This document shows positions 60,860 through 64,000 of a stretch of 64,000 nt of DNA, piece by piece (positions within the stretch are counted from its first letter, which is position 1; every line of letters starts with the position of its first letter). The stretch spans positions 1-64,000 of the forward strand of contig RHPI01003369.1 in NCBI GenBank assembly GCA_009103225.1. Direction: 5' to 3'. A program made the translations under genes and the position numbers. The notes under the pieces are model-generated. The model made no database searches. It was not told the origin of the DNA and was given only the letters and a program-made list of their open reading frames with translations. This DNA is from Chlorokybus atmophyticus (lineage: Eukaryota > Plantae > Mesostigma and Chlorokybus algae).

Positions 60860-62649
60860 TCACGCATGCGTGCGCGGGGGAGGCAGCGGTATCCTCTGCC
60901 CTATGCGAAAATGCGCAACAAAACTCGCAATAGCATCAGCTGTGCGTGCCGGCTCATCTTCCTGGACTGCATGTCCAGCTTGTGGCAATACCACAAGTTG
61001 AAACTTGCCTTGCATCTGCGCTATGGTGAGCGGGCGATCGAGTCTATCCGTCCCCGCTAAGAGGAGTAGTTTTGGCGCTGAAACAGAAAGAAACAATTCA
61101 CTCATGCCCGCATACCAACCATGCCAGAAGGGTTCGCTCTTGGCTAAGTCTGTTCGCCACGTGTACTTAGTGTGGGTTCCTTGTTGTTGGGTGAGTTGGG
61201 ACGGCATGGAGACGCGCGCGGCCTCGACGTTGCGGCAGTGGGCGGCGGAACCGCGGACGGCCCACTCGACGGCTTTGGGTAGAGAGGGGAAGGAGGAGGG
61301 ACGGTTGGTGATGATGCCGCGCATCAAAGGAAGAGCGGCCATCGCCGTGCCCTGACATGTAATAAGGTGTGAGCATGTGTGTGTGTGCGCATGCGTGCAT
61401 GCAAGCGCTGCATTGAAGGTGTACGTACGTGCGCATGTGTGTACATGTGCGCGTGAGTGTTTGTGCGTTCACAGCTACATGCGCCCACGCATGCAGGCAT
61501 GTGCCTGAGCACGTGTGCGCATGCATGCGCGGGGTTCACATGATTGTGTGCATGAGTCAGCGTGTACATGTGCATGCGCGTTGGTGTGTGTAGGGAACAC
61601 TTTCCACACATTGCAGCTTTCCGCACGTACAAGCCATGTACCTCGACGACATCTATGACGACCAGGGCCGCTACGGAAGGAAGATTGCGGGAGGCCGCAG
61701 CGCGCGTTGCAATGGCGCCACCGAGGCTGCATTCGAACGCGAGTATGAGTACATGCGTGCAGCTGAGGCTGCATAGCAATATGTACGCAAATGCAACATA
61801 ATTCCCCACCCCTGCAAGTGCAACATGCACACGTGCAAACACCTTATTAACCTCAAGACTTAACAGCCAAACAGATCTGCAAGCGTATGTGCATGCATCA
61901 TCGTGCCACTTGCATGCATGCAAGTGACTTGATTGATGCATACAAAACTTGCACGAGCCAAACCACACCAGTACTGTATGCAGCGCTACAAGCAACACAA
62001 TGCATAGCAAACATGCGCAAACATGCACACGCACATGCACGTGCATGCACCTGTGGCCAACGAGGAGGATGGGCGGCGGAGGCTTGGCGTCCCCTATGAG
62101 TACACGGATGACGTTGATAAGGTCGTCGGCGAGTCGGTCGGCACTTAGGTCGTCCTCGCTGGCGGTCTCGGTGGCGCCATGAGCTCGGAGGTCCGGAGCT
62201 GCGATGGCGAGGCGGCGGCCGTCCTGCTGGGCGCCGGCGGCGAGGGCTCGAGCCACAAGCGCCCACGTCAGCCCCGTGTAGCCGCCGCCGTGCACAAGCA
62301 CAACCAGCAGCTCCGGGGCCGCCGCCGCTGCTGTGGCCTGGTCATCCTGGCTAGCAGCAGGCGGGGTGTAGTACACCCTGAAGACGTCCTTGTGATCGCC
62401 CTTCTCTTGCCCGTCTGGGGCAACCACAGGGACGTCCCTGGCCTCCTGGAAGTAGCTTTGCCAGGACAGGGGGCTGTAGTCACTGTTGCGCCTGGTGACG
62501 CCGCCTGTGGGAGAGGCGGGAGGAGGAGGAGGAAGCCCGCCCTCCGCAACGGCGCCGAGGGCGGCAGCGTTGTTCACCACGGCCCTGCGTAGCAAGCCCG
62601 CCCCGGGCGGCCCCTCCGCGCCCACGGCGGCGGGCGGCGGCGGCCGCAT
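60860..62649 (-). CDS. PPME1: Protein phosphatase methylesterase 1
   Basis: DYSPLSW; HGGGYTGLTW; DLRAHG; VGH|SLGG; VIDVVE|GTAMAAL; SMPSQL; WYAGMSELFL..PKLLLLAGTDRLDRPLTIAQMQGKFQ; GHAVQEDEP. Confidence 0.93.
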
Positions 62650-62835
62650 GGAGAGCAGGCCACTGCCACGTGGCACTTCCACACACCTGGCCAAGCAGTA
62701 GGGTTAGGGTTGGGTCAAGTCACGTGATTGCTAAATTAGGCTTTACTGTGAGCAGAGTGTGCCACGTCGTCGTGTTGGCCCTGAGCAGCGGCGTCGGCGG
62801 CGATGGCGGCGGCAGCGCCGGGTTCGCCGCCATCA
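62650..62835. promoter_or_regulatory. 186-bp bidirectional promoter between PPME1 and DC2
   Basis: Divergent ATGs at 62649 and 62836; TAGGGTTAGGGTT at 62699-62711; CACGTG at 62667 and 62721. Confidence 0.6.
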
Positions 62836-63133
62836 ATGTCGGAAGGCAAGCATCAGGGTGGTGGTGGGAGGAGTGGTCATGGTGGAGGAGGTGGAGGGTC
62901 TTCGCCTCCTGGGACCGCGACGGCTCCCTCCTGGTCGCCGACAACCACCAGGGGCGCCGCGTGGCGAGGACGGGCGGCAGCGGAGCGACTGCGAGCCGGA
63001 AATGCAGCACTCAAGGAAGAGGTAGCGTTGGAGAAGAGGTGGGGGGCACTTCCATCAAACCCATCCGCCACAGCACAGGTAGGCTGTGCGCGTCTGTGTT
63101 GCACGCTTGCATTCTGCAGCATTGGGTATGTGC

Positions 63134-63165
<32 letters not shown>

Positions 63166-64000
63166 GCTAAGGCACCTAAGTCATATCACCATATTTGACA
63201 AGCGAAACTTTCTTAGTTGTTGACAACCAGGACTACGACACTAATGTTACATACACTTGTGTGCAGGTTGTTCGTTTGCAGGAGCAGGCAGACGCCTTCA
63301 CCCGCCGCATCGAGAGCGAGAAGCGGCGCGTCGCCGAACTCGACAAAGCCATCTCCGCCGTGCAGTCCCGCATCCTTGACCAGCGGAAGCGCATGGGCGG
63401 CGTCAACGCCGCCCGCGAGTCCAACGCCGCCATTGCCAAGCAGGTCAAACTCCTCGAGAACCGCCTCGACAAGGCTCTGACCAAGTACAACGAGTCGGTA
63501 GCTGCCAACCGACGCTTGCGCGAGAGCATCGACGGGTTGAGGAGAGAGAGACTTGTCTTTGATGGGATACACAAGAAGCTGGAGAAGGAGCTGGCGGATA
63601 GGAAGAGGGAGATGGCCGCTATCATAGAGACGAGTAACCTTGCGTATGAGGCCAGGGATGCGGCGCTGCAACAGATGGCGCAGCTCAAGGCGCAGGCGGA
63701 GAGAGAGCAGCAGGCGTTTGAAGCGGAGTGGAGAGAGTTGGGGAGACTCATTGATCATGATCATAGGATGGTCGTCGCCGGAGGAGGGAGCAACAACAAC
63801 AGCAACGTTGCCAACAACACCAACAGCCACAACAACGCCAACAGCCACAACAACAACACAACAACCATCAATAACAACAAGGGCGAGGACAGTGAGCACA
63901 AGCAGGAGGGTGCGAGCAATAATGGCAACGGCAACAACAACAGTGAGGAGGAGATGAGACTCAGGAAGAAGGTTATCAAGGGCAACTGGGCCATCGCCAA
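62836..64000 (+). CDS. DCC2: Outer dynein arm docking complex subunit 2 (ODA1/DCC2, CCDC114-like), 3'-partial
   Basis: Exon 1 AERLRAGNAALKEEVALEK; exon 2 from 63267 VVRLQEQADAFTRRIE...MGGVNAARE...KLLENRLDKALTKYN...LRRER...AYEARD...LKAQAEREQQAFEAEW, matching the Chlamydomonas DC2 pattern. Confidence 0.88.

Noticed and set aside
62699-62711. TTAGGG/TTTAGGG motifs as telomere or interstitial telomere
   Set aside because: Only one or two units each, always just upstream of genes, so they fit promoter telo-boxes better.

Overview
Eukaryotic nuclear DNA with many short GT-AG introns. The gene set (nuclear petM, SBPase, BIN4, plant-type TAF15, a TIR-NB-ARC-LRR gene, flagellar docking-complex DC2, TTTAGGG telo-boxes) points to a green plant-lineage organism with a flagellate stage, most plausibly an early-diverging streptophyte alga (inference). 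The left ~31 kb is an accessory, repeat-rich region. It holds a fragmented OTU-protease/RING gene, then a spliced Cys-rich-Tudor-C5 DNA methyltransferase gene of phage/bacterial type converging on an intron-containing Plavaka-type transposase; this pair is bracketed by clustered GTACCAT palindromes and is the most interesting object in the window. Further on are a THI5/NMT1-like pseudogene, a perfect 38-bp hairpin, a TNL immune-receptor gene, a 928-bp-arm inverted repeat, and a young chromodomain Ty3/Gypsy element with TSDs and a candidate -1 frameshift signal. The right ~33 kb is mostly housekeeping genes (SBPase, tRNA-Phe, petM, CPL4-like, MED30-like, ATRIP-like, BIN4-like, TAF15-like, PPME1, ODA-DC2) plus a decayed SAM-kinase gene. 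Four single-N joins (6933, 25032, 25549, 36988) mark assembly breaks; three abut duplicated sequence, so those duplications may be artefacts. Gene calls come from motif recognition by eye, not database searches.
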